NCBI GenBank assembly: GCA_019058315.1
Contig: JAHPZH010000010.1
Span: 1 to 40,531, forward strand
From: Candidatus Helarchaeota archaeon
GTDB taxonomy: Archaea; Asgardarchaeota; Lokiarchaeia; Helarchaeales; RDOG01
Direction of reading: 5' to 3'
DNA length: 40,531 bases
Shown one piece after another: positions 9,262-18,726 of this stretch. The stretch's first letter is position 1. The number at the start of each line of letters is the position of its first letter. Position numbers and translations under genes: made by a program. The notes under the pieces were generated by a model that had not been told where the DNA came from, ran no database searches, and saw nothing but the letters and a program-made list of their open reading frames with translations.

Positions 9262-10923
9262 TTATTTATAAAATTTTTTCAAATTGTCTTTGAAAAAATT
9301 GATCGAAACCCATCTAACAAGCTCTTTCAAATCAAAACCCCCATCATGTGGTGCTGCTCTTTTATGTAAATTCATTTCACCAGGCAACGTAATAGTACAA
9401 CCTCCCATTAGTGTCAACAAATCTGAAAAATCTTGAATTTTTTTCATCTGACCAATAATTGAGAATGTTTGAAGAAATTTTTGGATTTTCATTTCTTGGA
9501 TCCAATTTTTAATTTGATCTAATTCATTAAAAGGAACAACCATGATAAACCGATTAATACAAGCATCAATATCAGACTTATTAGGCATTCTTCTTAAATA
9601 TAGAACAGTCCAGTCAGGATTTTGAGTTAAAGCCTTACCTTTAGGAATAAAAAGTTTGCCCCAACCCTTATTTTCTATTTTAAATGTATAAAAATCTCTT
9701 TTATTTAAGGTTTCAATTGCTTCATACTCAGTCATTTTGGTCCTAGCAAGCTGTTTGCTCATTTCTCCTAGTTCTAGACTCAATAATTTTGCGAACCCAA
9801 GAGCTGTGTTAAATGTTATCGTTCTTCTTAACATATCCATGCTCTCTGACATCAACGAGATTATTTGTGAATCCACATTTGAATTTGTTTCTTGATTTGG
9901 TATTGAATTGTCATTTATTTGATTCATGAGATTTGTCATTTCACTTCTAATATTGGAATCATCTTCACATAAATTATTTGTGTTCTTTTCTTGAACAAAT
10001 ACAATTCGAGGAGAACAGCAAGCATATTGGTTCCAAATGGAGACATCCTTAGCGATTTCTCTAGCCACGAGCGTTAAATATTCCCGTTTATTTAGAAAAT
10101 CTTCGGTAATAATTGAAAAACTGAATTTCGGACCATGTTCAATGAACTTAACCCCATAATACGCTGATAATTTTTTTAATTGCCTAACAGATTCTAATCC
10201 ACCCCAAGCTATAACTACATCAATGAGTTCTTCATTGAATAAAAATTGGTAGATATTTTTTTCCCTACCTCTCCAATACATGACTGCTAATTCTCTTGCT
10301 AAGTTTCTATCAATATCGTAAATTGTTTGAACAAATCTGACTGCAAAATAGGGTTCTCCTGAAGCGAGCTTAATAAGATTAAGATTTTTTGTTAGGATAC
10401 CAAATAAAATACTTATAGGTCCAATTACAAATGCATTTCCAGCTAAGCTGTGAAGGATTAAACCTCTTGGTTGAGCATGTAAAAGAACATCATTTTTTAC
10501 AACCCAATCATCTAGAGAATTTATATCCCCAAATTGTTCAGATAAAAAACCAATGAGATGATCTTTTTGAAACAGTTCTAATACGTGTTCTAATTCAAAA
10601 TTAATCAATGCCTTTGATTGTCCCGTCACTAATGAAAGAACTTCTTCTGCTTCTTTTTTAAATTCAAAATTAGGGTTAGTCCATATATCATGAAGTTGGT
10701 GTAATATTTCTATTGTTTCTAATATCGGTCTGTCATGTGCTTGCTTTTTATATTTATTTAAGTAAATTACTGCAAGCTTTATTTCTCTAGAGCTTATAAC
10801 TGGATAGCTAATTTCAATTATTTTATCTCTTCTCTTGATTTTTAGGGTATCATCTACTCTATCTATATATAATCCCCCAACATATGAAGGTAAATTAATT
10901 TTAAGAGAAATATCAATCACCAA
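9262..10923 (-). CDS. luxC: Acyl-CoA reductase, LuxC family (ALDH superfamily)
   Basis: QPRGLILHSLAGN, VVIAWGG, IEHGPKFSF, NQYACCSP (catalytic Cys region), FLQT and PHDG..L..LVRW. Confidence 0.88.
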   Translation of the reverse strand: MVIDISLKINLPSYVGGLYIDRVDDTLKIKRRDKIIEISYPVISSREIKLAVIYLNKYKKQAHDRPILETIEILHQLHDIWTNPNFEFKKEAEEVLSLVTGQSKALINFELEHVLELFQKDHLIGFLSEQFGDINSLDDWVVKNDVLLHAQPRGLILHSLAGNAFVIGPISILFGILTKNLNLIKLASGEPYFAVRFVQTIYDIDRNLARELAVMYWRGREKNIYQFLFNEELIDVVIAWGGLESVRQLKKLSAYYGVKFIEHGPKFSFSIITEDFLNKREYLTLVAREIAKDVSIWNQYACCSPRIVFVQEKNTNNLCEDDSNIRSEMTNLMNQINDNSIPNQETNSNVDSQIISLMSESMDMLRRTITFNTALGFAKLLSLELGEMSKQLARTKMTEYEAIETLNKRDFYTFKIENKGWGKLFIPKGKALTQNPDWTVLYLRRMPNKSDIDACINRFIMVVPFNELDQIKNWIQEMKIQKFLQTFSIIGQMKKIQDFSDLLTLMGGCTITLPGEMNLHKRAAPHDGGFDLKELVRWVSINFFKDNLKKFYK

Positions 10924-10974
10924 AATAAAAGAATTAATATAAATTTAATATCCTTCATAAATTTGGTAATTGTA

Positions 10975-12114
10975 TTACTCTCCAGCTAAATCTGCTATCA
11001 TTGCTCCACAACCTTTTGCATCGGCTCCGACAGCTCTGCTAACATTTTGGAAGGTTTTTCCATATCTACCGCATTTACACTTCTTTTCATTAATGAAATC
11101 TGCAACATCGTCTAACAAGATACTGATACCTGGCCAACTAGTGGATAATGGATTTATTATATTCACTAATCCTTTTTCACCTTCTTTTACTGGTTCCATT
11201 GTTTGAGGATCTCGAAAAATTATATCTCCCCAAGGTGGTACATGAAATAGTAATTCACTACATTCATGAAAAGACAAATCACTTTCAGTTAATCCATAAT
11301 TATCTCTAACTCTATTTAATGGAACACCGAGAATATCACTAATCACCTTTCTGAATTGGTCCTTACTAATTGCTTTGCCTGCAAATGTCTTCCAGCCTCC
11401 ACCAAAACCAGCTGCAAAGCTATTTTTTAAATTGAATTTTTTTCCCGTTTTCTCATGCATTTTAGTTAGAGTTAAGAATGCAAGTGCTGGACTACCACCA
11501 AACATAAAGACCTCTTGAGTTTTGGATGCTTCTATAAGATTTTGCATGGTTAGCTGTATATCAATTGGGATTTTCCCTTCCTCTTTTTTTTCTGTCATTA
11601 AGTATACGGCGCTTTCGCACATTCCTTCTGTCCAGACTTTCATTCCTACAGAAAATGTGAGCCCTTGTATGAACTTTAAAGAAGGTCCAAAGACAACTCC
11701 TTTTTTAAATCCTTCTATTTCAAATAAAAGTCTAGCATCTTTTAAACCGAAATCATAATATCTCTTGTCTGATAAGACGTCTCTTCCAACAAAACTTGGG
11801 TCACCTGATGTACCACTGCTTCTGTACCATGTGACGATTTGATCTTCGGGAATTGAAATTAAACCCTTATATAAATTATATGATTGTTTAAAAGATTTTG
11901 AGGTTATCCAAGGAATTTTGACGATATCGTCATATTCTTTTAAATCTTTTGAAGGGTTAAAATCATTTTTTCGGCAAATCTTTTTAAAGGGTGTACAATT
12001 CTTGAAATGATGTTTTGTTGCCTTTTTTATAACTTCAAATCTCATATCTCGAATTTTATCTGGATTCTGGTGATAGGGGTCCTCAATTTTGAGAAAATCT
12101 TCTATTTCTACCAT
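10975..12114 (-). CDS. luxE: Acyl-protein synthetase, LuxE family
   Basis: IPWI..KSFK, SSGTSG adenylation loop, GGGWK, RDNYGLTE, FHVPPW, IRDP-like IFRDP, SWPGISILLDD and a C-terminal R...A.AKGC Cys. A GAGGTGA Shine-Dalgarno-like site lies upstream. Confidence 0.9.
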   Translation of the reverse strand: MVEIEDFLKIEDPYHQNPDKIRDMRFEVIKKATKHHFKNCTPFKKICRKNDFNPSKDLKEYDDIVKIPWITSKSFKQSYNLYKGLISIPEDQIVTWYRSSGTSGDPSFVGRDVLSDKRYYDFGLKDARLLFEIEGFKKGVVFGPSLKFIQGLTFSVGMKVWTEGMCESAVYLMTEKKEEGKIPIDIQLTMQNLIEASKTQEVFMFGGSPALAFLTLTKMHEKTGKKFNLKNSFAAGFGGGWKTFAGKAISKDQFRKVISDILGVPLNRVRDNYGLTESDLSFHECSELLFHVPPWGDIIFRDPQTMEPVKEGEKGLVNIINPLSTSWPGISILLDDVADFINEKKCKCGRYGKTFQNVSRAVGADAKGCGAMIADLAGE

Positions 12115-12150
12115 AACTTCACCTCATTTGTTTGATAATTAATTTTTTAA

Positions 12151-13464
12151 TTAACCTCCCACCAAAGTAATAATAGACATATTATTCAAGTGATACCCTC
12201 CAGGAGTTGAGTTTTTAATCTCTCCAGACGAGCCGAAACCAAAAATTGGTATATCTTTTCCTATTTCCTCCCTAATGACATTTATCTCGTCTATAATTCT
12301 ATCCCCGAGCAAAGAAAGCCTTGCCGAGCAGTCAAAATAAATCAAAAATTTTGGATCTTCAACATTCTCCAATGCCATTTTTACTGCTCTTCTAGCTGAT
12401 TCTAATATTATTTCCCCTGTCGCTTCACAAATTTCTAACTCTAATTTTTTCTCCACCATTTTTGGAGGCAAAACGGTAAAAATCGAGTCGTACTGGGGAT
12501 CTGTTACCGCCACATATGGATGTATACTATCTTCATCTTCTAAACCTAATAACGATAAAAAATTTATGTATCCTTGATGTTTTAGCTCATTTAAAGCCTC
12601 TTTTTCATGCCCCATGACTTCAAGTAATCCGTCTAGCGCTTTTTTTCCATTTATACCCATGAGAAATGGTCCAACATTTTTTGTAATTTGAATTCTTTTC
12701 CCTGTACGCCTTACACCAATATCATAACCAACTCCAAACTTATGGTTATTAGAAGAAAGCATACAAGCAATAACTGAATCGTAATTCACGGTTTCATTGA
12801 AAAATTCAAAAGTTTTTACACCACTGAGATCTCCACACTGAGTTCCAACAATTGGACAATTTAGACCATTTTCTACTAAATATTCCACTAATTCTTGAGT
12901 AATTGGAAAACCTTTTCCCTCACTAGCAAAATTTCGCATGTTACTCCAAAAAATTCTCGAAACCAAGCTACTGAAAACACGAGCACCAAAACTATCGAAT
13001 CTTTTCTGTTGAGCCAATACTTCAGGAGGGATCCTATAGCCGGAAGTAAAGAGTAAGATTACTTCATTTAAAGTTTTGTTAAGATGTGATTTATAGCTTT
13101 TAATAATATCTTGTCCTATTTTTTCGTAGTTATCCCTTGATTTTGTCCAAATTTGAGGTTCAATAACATCAATATCTCCTCCTAATAAGAGAATTCCAAC
13201 TGCTCGGATTGAAACATTATTATTTATTATTATTCCTATAGATCCACCACCAAGTAATGGAGTATTTGGAATCTCTTTTTTTATGCCTTTTAGAACATTT
13301 TCCAAATTGTATATATTTGCAGCTGATAAATCTATACCTATAATCGCTAATTTTGGAGTTCCAGAAAAATCTTTCAAAGCTTCCTTGGTTGCTTCAATAC
13401 CAGCTAAATAAGAATTAGAATTTGTTGAAAAACCGACACTTGCCTCAAGCATATATTCACACAC
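12151..13464 (-). CDS. FIST N + FIST C domain signal-transduction protein
   Basis: AGIEATKEAL, PLLGGGSIG, INGKKALD, FDCSAR, PIFGFGSSGEI and NNMSII are FIST hallmarks. There is no output domain. Confidence 0.85.
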   Translation of the reverse strand: MCEYMLEASVGFSTNSNSYLAGIEATKEALKDFSGTPKLAIIGIDLSAANIYNLENVLKGIKKEIPNTPLLGGGSIGIIINNNVSIRAVGILLLGGDIDVIEPQIWTKSRDNYEKIGQDIIKSYKSHLNKTLNEVILLFTSGYRIPPEVLAQQKRFDSFGARVFSSLVSRIFWSNMRNFASEGKGFPITQELVEYLVENGLNCPIVGTQCGDLSGVKTFEFFNETVNYDSVIACMLSSNNHKFGVGYDIGVRRTGKRIQITKNVGPFLMGINGKKALDGLLEVMGHEKEALNELKHQGYINFLSLLGLEDEDSIHPYVAVTDPQYDSIFTVLPPKMVEKKLELEICEATGEIILESARRAVKMALENVEDPKFLIYFDCSARLSLLGDRIIDEINVIREEIGKDIPIFGFGSSGEIKNSTPGGYHLNNMSIITLVGG

Positions 13465-13653
13465 CAGAGGTTAAAAATTAGTATTTTCTTATATTTATAT
13501 TGTGGTTAAATTTGATAAACCTTTTTAGTTTTTTAATCAACATTTCTACTTAAATGTTTGTAATTTATAAAATAAAACCACTAATATTATTCAAAATTTT
13601 TATAGAAATAAAAAAAAATTTAAACAGTGTTGATTAATTGATTTTTCAATACA

Positions 13654-14430
13654 TTAAGCTTTCTTAATATTCTTTAAAAGATTATTTGCAAGTGTTTTTA
13701 CGCTTAAATTCGAATTCTTCGTGAGTTCCCTTATTTTTTGTTTTGCATTAATTATTAATTCTTTGTTTTTTTTCCCAATTTTATTATATATAGACAATAA
13801 CGTGGTGATTAAAGGAATATTGTCTGAATTTAAGTCCTCAAGGAAATTTTGTTCAAATTCTTTCATTATAGATGGATCTTCTTCACCAATAACTCCAATT
13901 AGTATCAGGATTTTTCTTTGAATTTTTTGGTTCTTCTCTCGCAAATATATTTGCTTAAGCGTTGATATCATAGGGATTACTAAGTTAATATTCCTTTTGG
14001 CTAATGTTATTAATAAATCAATTGATTGGCTTTGAATAAGTTCGTTATTTTGATTTAATGCAAATATAATTGGTTTTAATGCTTCTTGAAGTGCGTCTGG
14101 ATCTGTTTCGAATATATCTTCTAATGTATCCAATGCATCTTCTCTTTCTTCATCTTCGATTCTAAACGGCTCCTCCATAATTACCGATTTAAAATCTTGA
14201 AATGCTACTGCTACTTCTTTTTCATCATATACATGATTCCATTCTTCCTCTCCCATATACCAGCTTACAATATATTCTCCTGAACTTATCTTTATTATTG
14301 ATTTTCCTTGTTTTATTTCTGGATAAAATTGTCCATTTCGAATACCATCATCATGAATATAATCATCTAGCACTTCCCCTTTTTCTTTAGCTTTTTTTAA
14401 ATCCTCAGGAAGTAAAGTGTATTCTTTCAT
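13654..14430 (-). CDS. Protein with an unknown N-terminal domain and C-terminal HEAT/ARM repeats
   Basis: Helical repeats of the type REDALDTL, LNQNNELIQSQSIDLL, LNSDNIPLITTLL and SNLSVKTLA. Confidence 0.65.
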   Translation of the reverse strand: MKEYTLLPEDLKKAKEKGEVLDDYIHDDGIRNGQFYPEIKQGKSIIKISSGEYIVSWYMGEEEWNHVYDEKEVAVAFQDFKSVIMEEPFRIEDEEREDALDTLEDIFETDPDALQEALKPIIFALNQNNELIQSQSIDLLITLAKRNINLVIPMISTLKQIYLREKNQKIQRKILILIGVIGEEDPSIMKEFEQNFLEDLNSDNIPLITTLLSIYNKIGKKNKELIINAKQKIRELTKNSNLSVKTLANNLLKNIKKA

Positions 14431-14517
14431 TTGAAGTTGACACTGGTTTTTTATTAAGATAATAAAGAAATAATGTAATTTAAAATATTTTGAAATAAAT
14501 AAAAAAAAGATTATAAA

Positions 14518-15060
14518 TTAAGTTTTGCTTTTAATGAATGCAACCAAAGCAAGGATAATTGAAGAAAATATTAGTACCCACTTTGATAGCGCAAATATAG
14601 AATGAGCTACAGTCCACCAATTTGGGAAGAATAATGGATTTGTCAAAGTCATTAGAATGAAAGCATTTTCTATCGCGTCTAATCCAGCAGCAACTAGTCC
14701 AAGAATTGCAAAAGTATAGCAAAATTTACCCCACTTGTCTGTTGATCCAAATAGTCTACCAGTAAACAACAAAATGCTGAATATTAGAATACCATAACCA
14801 ACCATAAAAACGTAATCTAGAATCATTACATTCCTATAAGCATTAATTCCACCAATAAGGACCATTGGCAAATATTGCGCTTTCATTTTTGACCCACTAA
14901 ATGATAACTGGCTAGCAAACATATTCGTAGTATCCCCAGATTGTCCTAAGAAGATTCCCATTAAAACTTGCATTGAAATCATAAGCAAGATACCAATAAT
15001 CAAAAGAATTTTCGTCATTTTTGAGGATGGAGAATCATCAAATTTTTCTAGAATAGACAA
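14518..15060 (-). CDS. Hypothetical 4-TM membrane protein
   Basis: Four hydrophobic segments with LDYVFM.GY and LDAIEN motifs, seen in an uncharacterised membrane family. TTG start. Confidence 0.7.
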   Translation of the reverse strand: MSILEKFDDSPSSKMTKILLIIGILLMISMQVLMGIFLGQSGDTTNMFASQLSFSGSKMKAQYLPMVLIGGINAYRNVMILDYVFMVGYGILIFSILLFTGRLFGSTDKWGKFCYTFAILGLVAAGLDAIENAFILMTLTNPLFFPNWWTVAHSIFALSKWVLIFSSIILALVAFIKSKT

Positions 15061-15399
15061 TTAAATCATATCCAAATATTTTTGACTTAATATTAAACAA
15101 ATAGCTAATTTCATCTGATTACTTATATATTTTTTTAATTTGAGTTCATGCAGATTACTAATTTTTTAAAGATCGGATAAAATAATTTATGAAATTTTGA
15201 TTTTGGATTAAATTCTTTGGGTTTAAATTTCATTTCTTAAAATTAAAAATAAAATAAATTTGAGAATTAATAGACTCTATTTTTTTTTCATATATATAGA
15301 GGTTTTTGAAATTGATATTATATCGATCTTTTTATATTTTCTAGTAAACTAACCCGATATTGGTCATTCTTTGTAATTTTTAAAATTATAAAGTAATCT

Positions 15400-16353
15400 T
15401 TATTTAAGACCTTTTATTTTCTCATTTATTTCCTCCGCCCTTTCTTTCAAGACTTGCAAATCATTAAGTTTAAGTCCGCCTGCTTTGATTTGCCCTTCTA
15501 TTAATTCTAAGCTTTTAATAAGTTTTTTTAATTTCACACTTTTACAATATTTTATTAATGGTCCAACTCCTTTCTCATATATTTCATTATCTTTTTTTGA
15601 TAAAGGATTATAGTCCAATTCTATTGTATTTAATTGTTCCAAATTGCCTAATTGCTCCGGAAGAGTCGTCAAATTATTACCAGTCAAAGCTAGAAAACTA
15701 AGCGATTTTAGGTCACCAAACGACTCTGGGAGAGACGTTAACTGATTACCATTTAAATATAATTCTTTGAGTGAAGTAAGTTTACCAAAGGATTCCGGGA
15801 GAGTCGTTAACTGGTTATTATCGATATATAGTTTTTGGAGTGATTTCAAGTTGCCAAAGAATTCTGGGAGAATCGTAAACTTATTTTGACTCAAAATAAG
15901 TAGATGGAGTGATTTAAACCCTTCAAACGACTCCGGCAGAGTTTTTAATTTATTACTAGCCAAATATAGGATTTCAAGCGATTTTAGATTCCCAAAAGAT
16001 TCCGGGAGAGTCATCAACTTATTACTACTCAAATTTAGAGAATTTATCGATTTTAGGTTAATGAGGGACTCTGGGAAAGGTGTTAACTTGTTATGACTCA
16101 AACTTAGATAAGTGAGTGATTTTAAGGTGCTAAGCCCCTCCGGGAGAGTTGATAACTGATTATCAGTTAAATTTAGTTCTTGGAGTGATTTTAATTCAAG
16201 AATTGGCTCTGGCAGAGTTACTAATCTTTTGGAAGTTAAATTAATATAGGTTACATGCCCATTCTTAATCTTGAAATCATCATCTTTCAAAGAATATTTT
16301 CTCTTTAATGTTTCGAAAGTTTTTTTCTCATGCTCATCGATGATTTCGACCAT
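15400..16353 (-). CDS. Leucine-rich repeat protein (about 9-10 repeats of 23 aa)
   Basis: Repeated LxLxxNxLxxLPESFGxLKSL units, an NPL...G...IKY C-cap and a short helical tail. Confidence 0.95.
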   Translation of the reverse strand: MVEIIDEHEKKTFETLKRKYSLKDDDFKIKNGHVTYINLTSKRLVTLPEPILELKSLQELNLTDNQLSTLPEGLSTLKSLTYLSLSHNKLTPFPESLINLKSINSLNLSSNKLMTLPESFGNLKSLEILYLASNKLKTLPESFEGFKSLHLLILSQNKFTILPEFFGNLKSLQKLYIDNNQLTTLPESFGKLTSLKELYLNGNQLTSLPESFGDLKSLSFLALTGNNLTTLPEQLGNLEQLNTIELDYNPLSKKDNEIYEKGVGPLIKYCKSVKLKKLIKSLELIEGQIKAGGLKLNDLQVLKERAEEINEKIKGLK

Positions 16354-16375
16354 TGAGGTTCAAATTCCGATAGTC

Positions 16376-17140
16376 TCAATCATTACGAAATTTTATTTTA
16401 AAATAACAAATCGAAGATTCCTTTTGAAAATCAAGAACATCAATACATATATTTTCCCCAAAGTGTTCACGGATTTTTATTTCCCAAAAACCTACCATGA
16501 AGTGATAAAAAGATTTTGCATGCTTAATTTCATTGGAGATATTTTGTACTCTAATTTTTATTGAGGTTGGTTCTTCATCCGGTTCAAATGGAACAATTTC
16601 TGCTAGGAACATATCACCAGCTAGATCATTAACTGATTTGAAAACCTTGATTATGGTTTTACCTACTTGATTTACAAATTTTTGTTTTTCAACTGATTCA
16701 TTAATTATTAATTCTGTCAATATAGGTGTTTTAATTTTTTGACCCATTATATTGCCCATTTCTTTTAAAAAATTAGCTGGATCAGAGATATACTTAGATT
16801 GGACCTTTTCAAATGAGTCTATTATATTATTAATAATTTCTATAAAGTTAGAACGAATTATTTCTATATTTTCTTTGTTAGAAACCCGATCTATATAACA
16901 TAATTTTGCTCTACCTATTTCTTTAATTTTAATTAGATTTTCTTGTTCAAGAGCAATAATCAACTTTTTAACAGTTTTTCTACTCAAATCCATCTGGTCT
17001 ACAATTTGAGAGATATTAAGCCCATACTTAGATTTTTTTAAAAGGTTCAAGATATCTTCTTTAGAATCTTTTTTCTTATTATTATTTTTTGCTTTATTAT
17101 TACTGTCTTTTGATTCTGCTTGAATTTCCATTCTATTCAA
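16376..17140 (-). CDS. Winged-HTH transcriptional regulator with a C-terminal V4R/Bet3-like domain
   Basis: GLNISQIVDQMDLSRKTVKKLIIALEQENLI..KEIGRAK forms the wHTH. LKEMGNIMGQKI, HFMVGFWE and terminal CYFKIKF fit the V4R/TRAPP fold pattern. Confidence 0.7.
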   Translation of the reverse strand: MNRMEIQAESKDSNNKAKNNNKKKDSKEDILNLLKKSKYGLNISQIVDQMDLSRKTVKKLIIALEQENLIKIKEIGRAKLCYIDRVSNKENIEIIRSNFIEIINNIIDSFEKVQSKYISDPANFLKEMGNIMGQKIKTPILTELIINESVEKQKFVNQVGKTIIKVFKSVNDLAGDMFLAEIVPFEPDEEPTSIKIRVQNISNEIKHAKSFYHFMVGFWEIKIREHFGENICIDVLDFQKESSICYFKIKFRND

Positions 17141-17202
17141 TTCCTTTTTCCAATAAAAGATTACAACTTCAATATTTCAATCTATTAAAACTAATGGTCA
17201 AA

Positions 17203-17298
17203 TATTTGGTACTTTGTTTATAAAAGAATTTTTATTATTTACCAAATAATTATTCAAGTAACAAATATATATAGGAATAGTTACCAAATAATAGGTAA
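17203..17298. promoter_or_regulatory. Candidate operator array (TACCAAATA x3) in a divergent promoter region
   Basis: TTACCAAATAAT occurs at 17239-17250 and 17281-17292, 42 bp apart. Its reverse-complement core TATTTGGTA is at 17203-17211, and 17281-17298 forms TTACC-N8-GGTAA. Confidence 0.5.
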
Positions 17299-17423
17299 TT
17301 TTTTTAAAAATATCAAAAATTATTATTATTGAAAGTCAACTTTCCCTAATTCTAATAAATAGAATCAATAATATAGATAAAAAAAAGCATTATTAGAACT
17401 AAAAAGGAGCGGATGTAATTAAT

Positions 17424-18650
17424 ATGACAGAATCATCAATACCAAATAACTATGGTGACATTCCAGATGATATAATTACAAAACCATACATTCCATTATC
17501 TAGACATGGTTGGAAATTATTCAAAAAATTTGGATATCATGCATTCTACGAGGATGCCATACCCGCGATCTCGGATGATATGATTTATGATGTTTTTAAG
17601 GCAAGATTAGATGAATCTCTTTTAACCGCAAAGGAGGTCATCGAAGGTAATATTTCTGACCCGGATAAACGGTTAGCATGGGCAATATTCCCTCCAGTAA
17701 TACCATTACGAGCTGACCTCACTCAGGGGTCTACGAGACTTTTATTTGGGGATTCTATGTCCGTAACATTTATTGTTTTGAATGATCTAAATCAAGAAAT
17801 ATTTTTTCTATTTAATGGACATATAGAACATGGAATACCTGTTGACTGGTGGATTGCTGGTCCTCAAGATGAACTCCTCCAACGAAGACATCTTAAATAC
17901 GGTTACGAACTCAAAGATTGCTGGAAAAAAGGAGGTAAAGATTTTACTAAATGTGGTCTACGGGTTATTGATGTTTTACGTGATGTGAGGAATGAAAGAA
18001 CTCCTAAATATGCAGATTCGCCTTATGCAGTAGCTATGGTCTGGGCTTCAAGCATAGCGGGATTTTTAATTGAACCGTCAATGTATGAGTTAATAGGCAT
18101 GATTTGGGACGGTGTGGCAGCGAAGCGGAATTATGGACTTCCGGATTATTGGTTTTCTTTTATTCCATGGCCTTCGATGATTCAAATGCTCACATATATG
18201 GACCGATCTGATTTTATACAACGAATGTCAGCTCTTGTTACTGGTGGAAAATTATGCATCAATTACGTCGAAGAATCGAATAAAGAAATGGCTTTAGAAC
18301 TTATAAGAGATATGGCAACAGAATTTGATTTTTGGTCGGATGCATTTGAAGCTACTTGGTATGAAGGTTGGCCATGGCCAATACAAAGTGTAAACTGCAA
18401 ACCACCAAATTTAAAAAAGAAAAATGCATATGAAAAAGAAGATTTCGATTGGTATTATCCAGGAATGGAAAAAGAGGCCAGCAGGTTCATGAACCCTGAA
18501 GATTTTGATATGACTGTAGAGGAGATGATGAGAGGAATCTTGCTAGATATAACTCATAAAACGAAACCATGGAGCATTAACCCTAAGGATGAAATTATTA
18601 GCATCGGATGGGGACGTGATATTAAAGTTCTTAAAGATGTGAAATTATAG
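17424..18650 (+). CDS. Hypothetical soluble protein, first gene of the redox operon
   Basis: 408-aa Trp/Pro/Asp-rich globular ORF with AAGGAG upstream and no recognisable family motif. Confidence 0.75.
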   Translation: MTESSIPNNYGDIPDDIITKPYIPLSRHGWKLFKKFGYHAFYEDAIPAISDDMIYDVFKARLDESLLTAKEVIEGNISDPDKRLAWAIFPPVIPLRADLTQGSTRLLFGDSMSVTFIVLNDLNQEIFFLFNGHIEHGIPVDWWIAGPQDELLQRRHLKYGYELKDCWKKGGKDFTKCGLRVIDVLRDVRNERTPKYADSPYAVAMVWASSIAGFLIEPSMYELIGMIWDGVAAKRNYGLPDYWFSFIPWPSMIQMLTYMDRSDFIQRMSALVTGGKLCINYVEESNKEMALELIRDMATEFDFWSDAFEATWYEGWPWPIQSVNCKPPNLKKKNAYEKEDFDWYYPGMEKEASRFMNPEDFDMTVEEMMRGILLDITHKTKPWSINPKDEIISIGWGRDIKVLKDVKL

Positions 18651-18726
18651 TTTATTTCTTTTAGGAAATGAAATTTATACATACTTCATTCATTTTATTT
18701 AATTAAGAGTTGTAAAATTTAATTAT

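Noticed and set aside
10961-10969. TTACCAAAT (reverse strand) between luxE and luxC, resembling the 17203-17298 motif
   Set aside because: A single 9-bp AT-rich match is too weak to claim shared regulation.
9262-12114. Bioluminescence operon
   Set aside because: Only luxC- and luxE-like genes are present. There is no luciferase (luxAB), luxD or luxG in the window.
15061-15399. Long intergenic gap as a possible ncRNA
   Set aside because: It is extremely AT-rich, with no convincing stem or repeat.
15640-16230. CRISPR-like or DGR-like periodic DNA (69-nt period)
   Set aside because: The periodicity is fully explained by LRR codons. There are no unique spacers, cas genes or reverse transcriptase.
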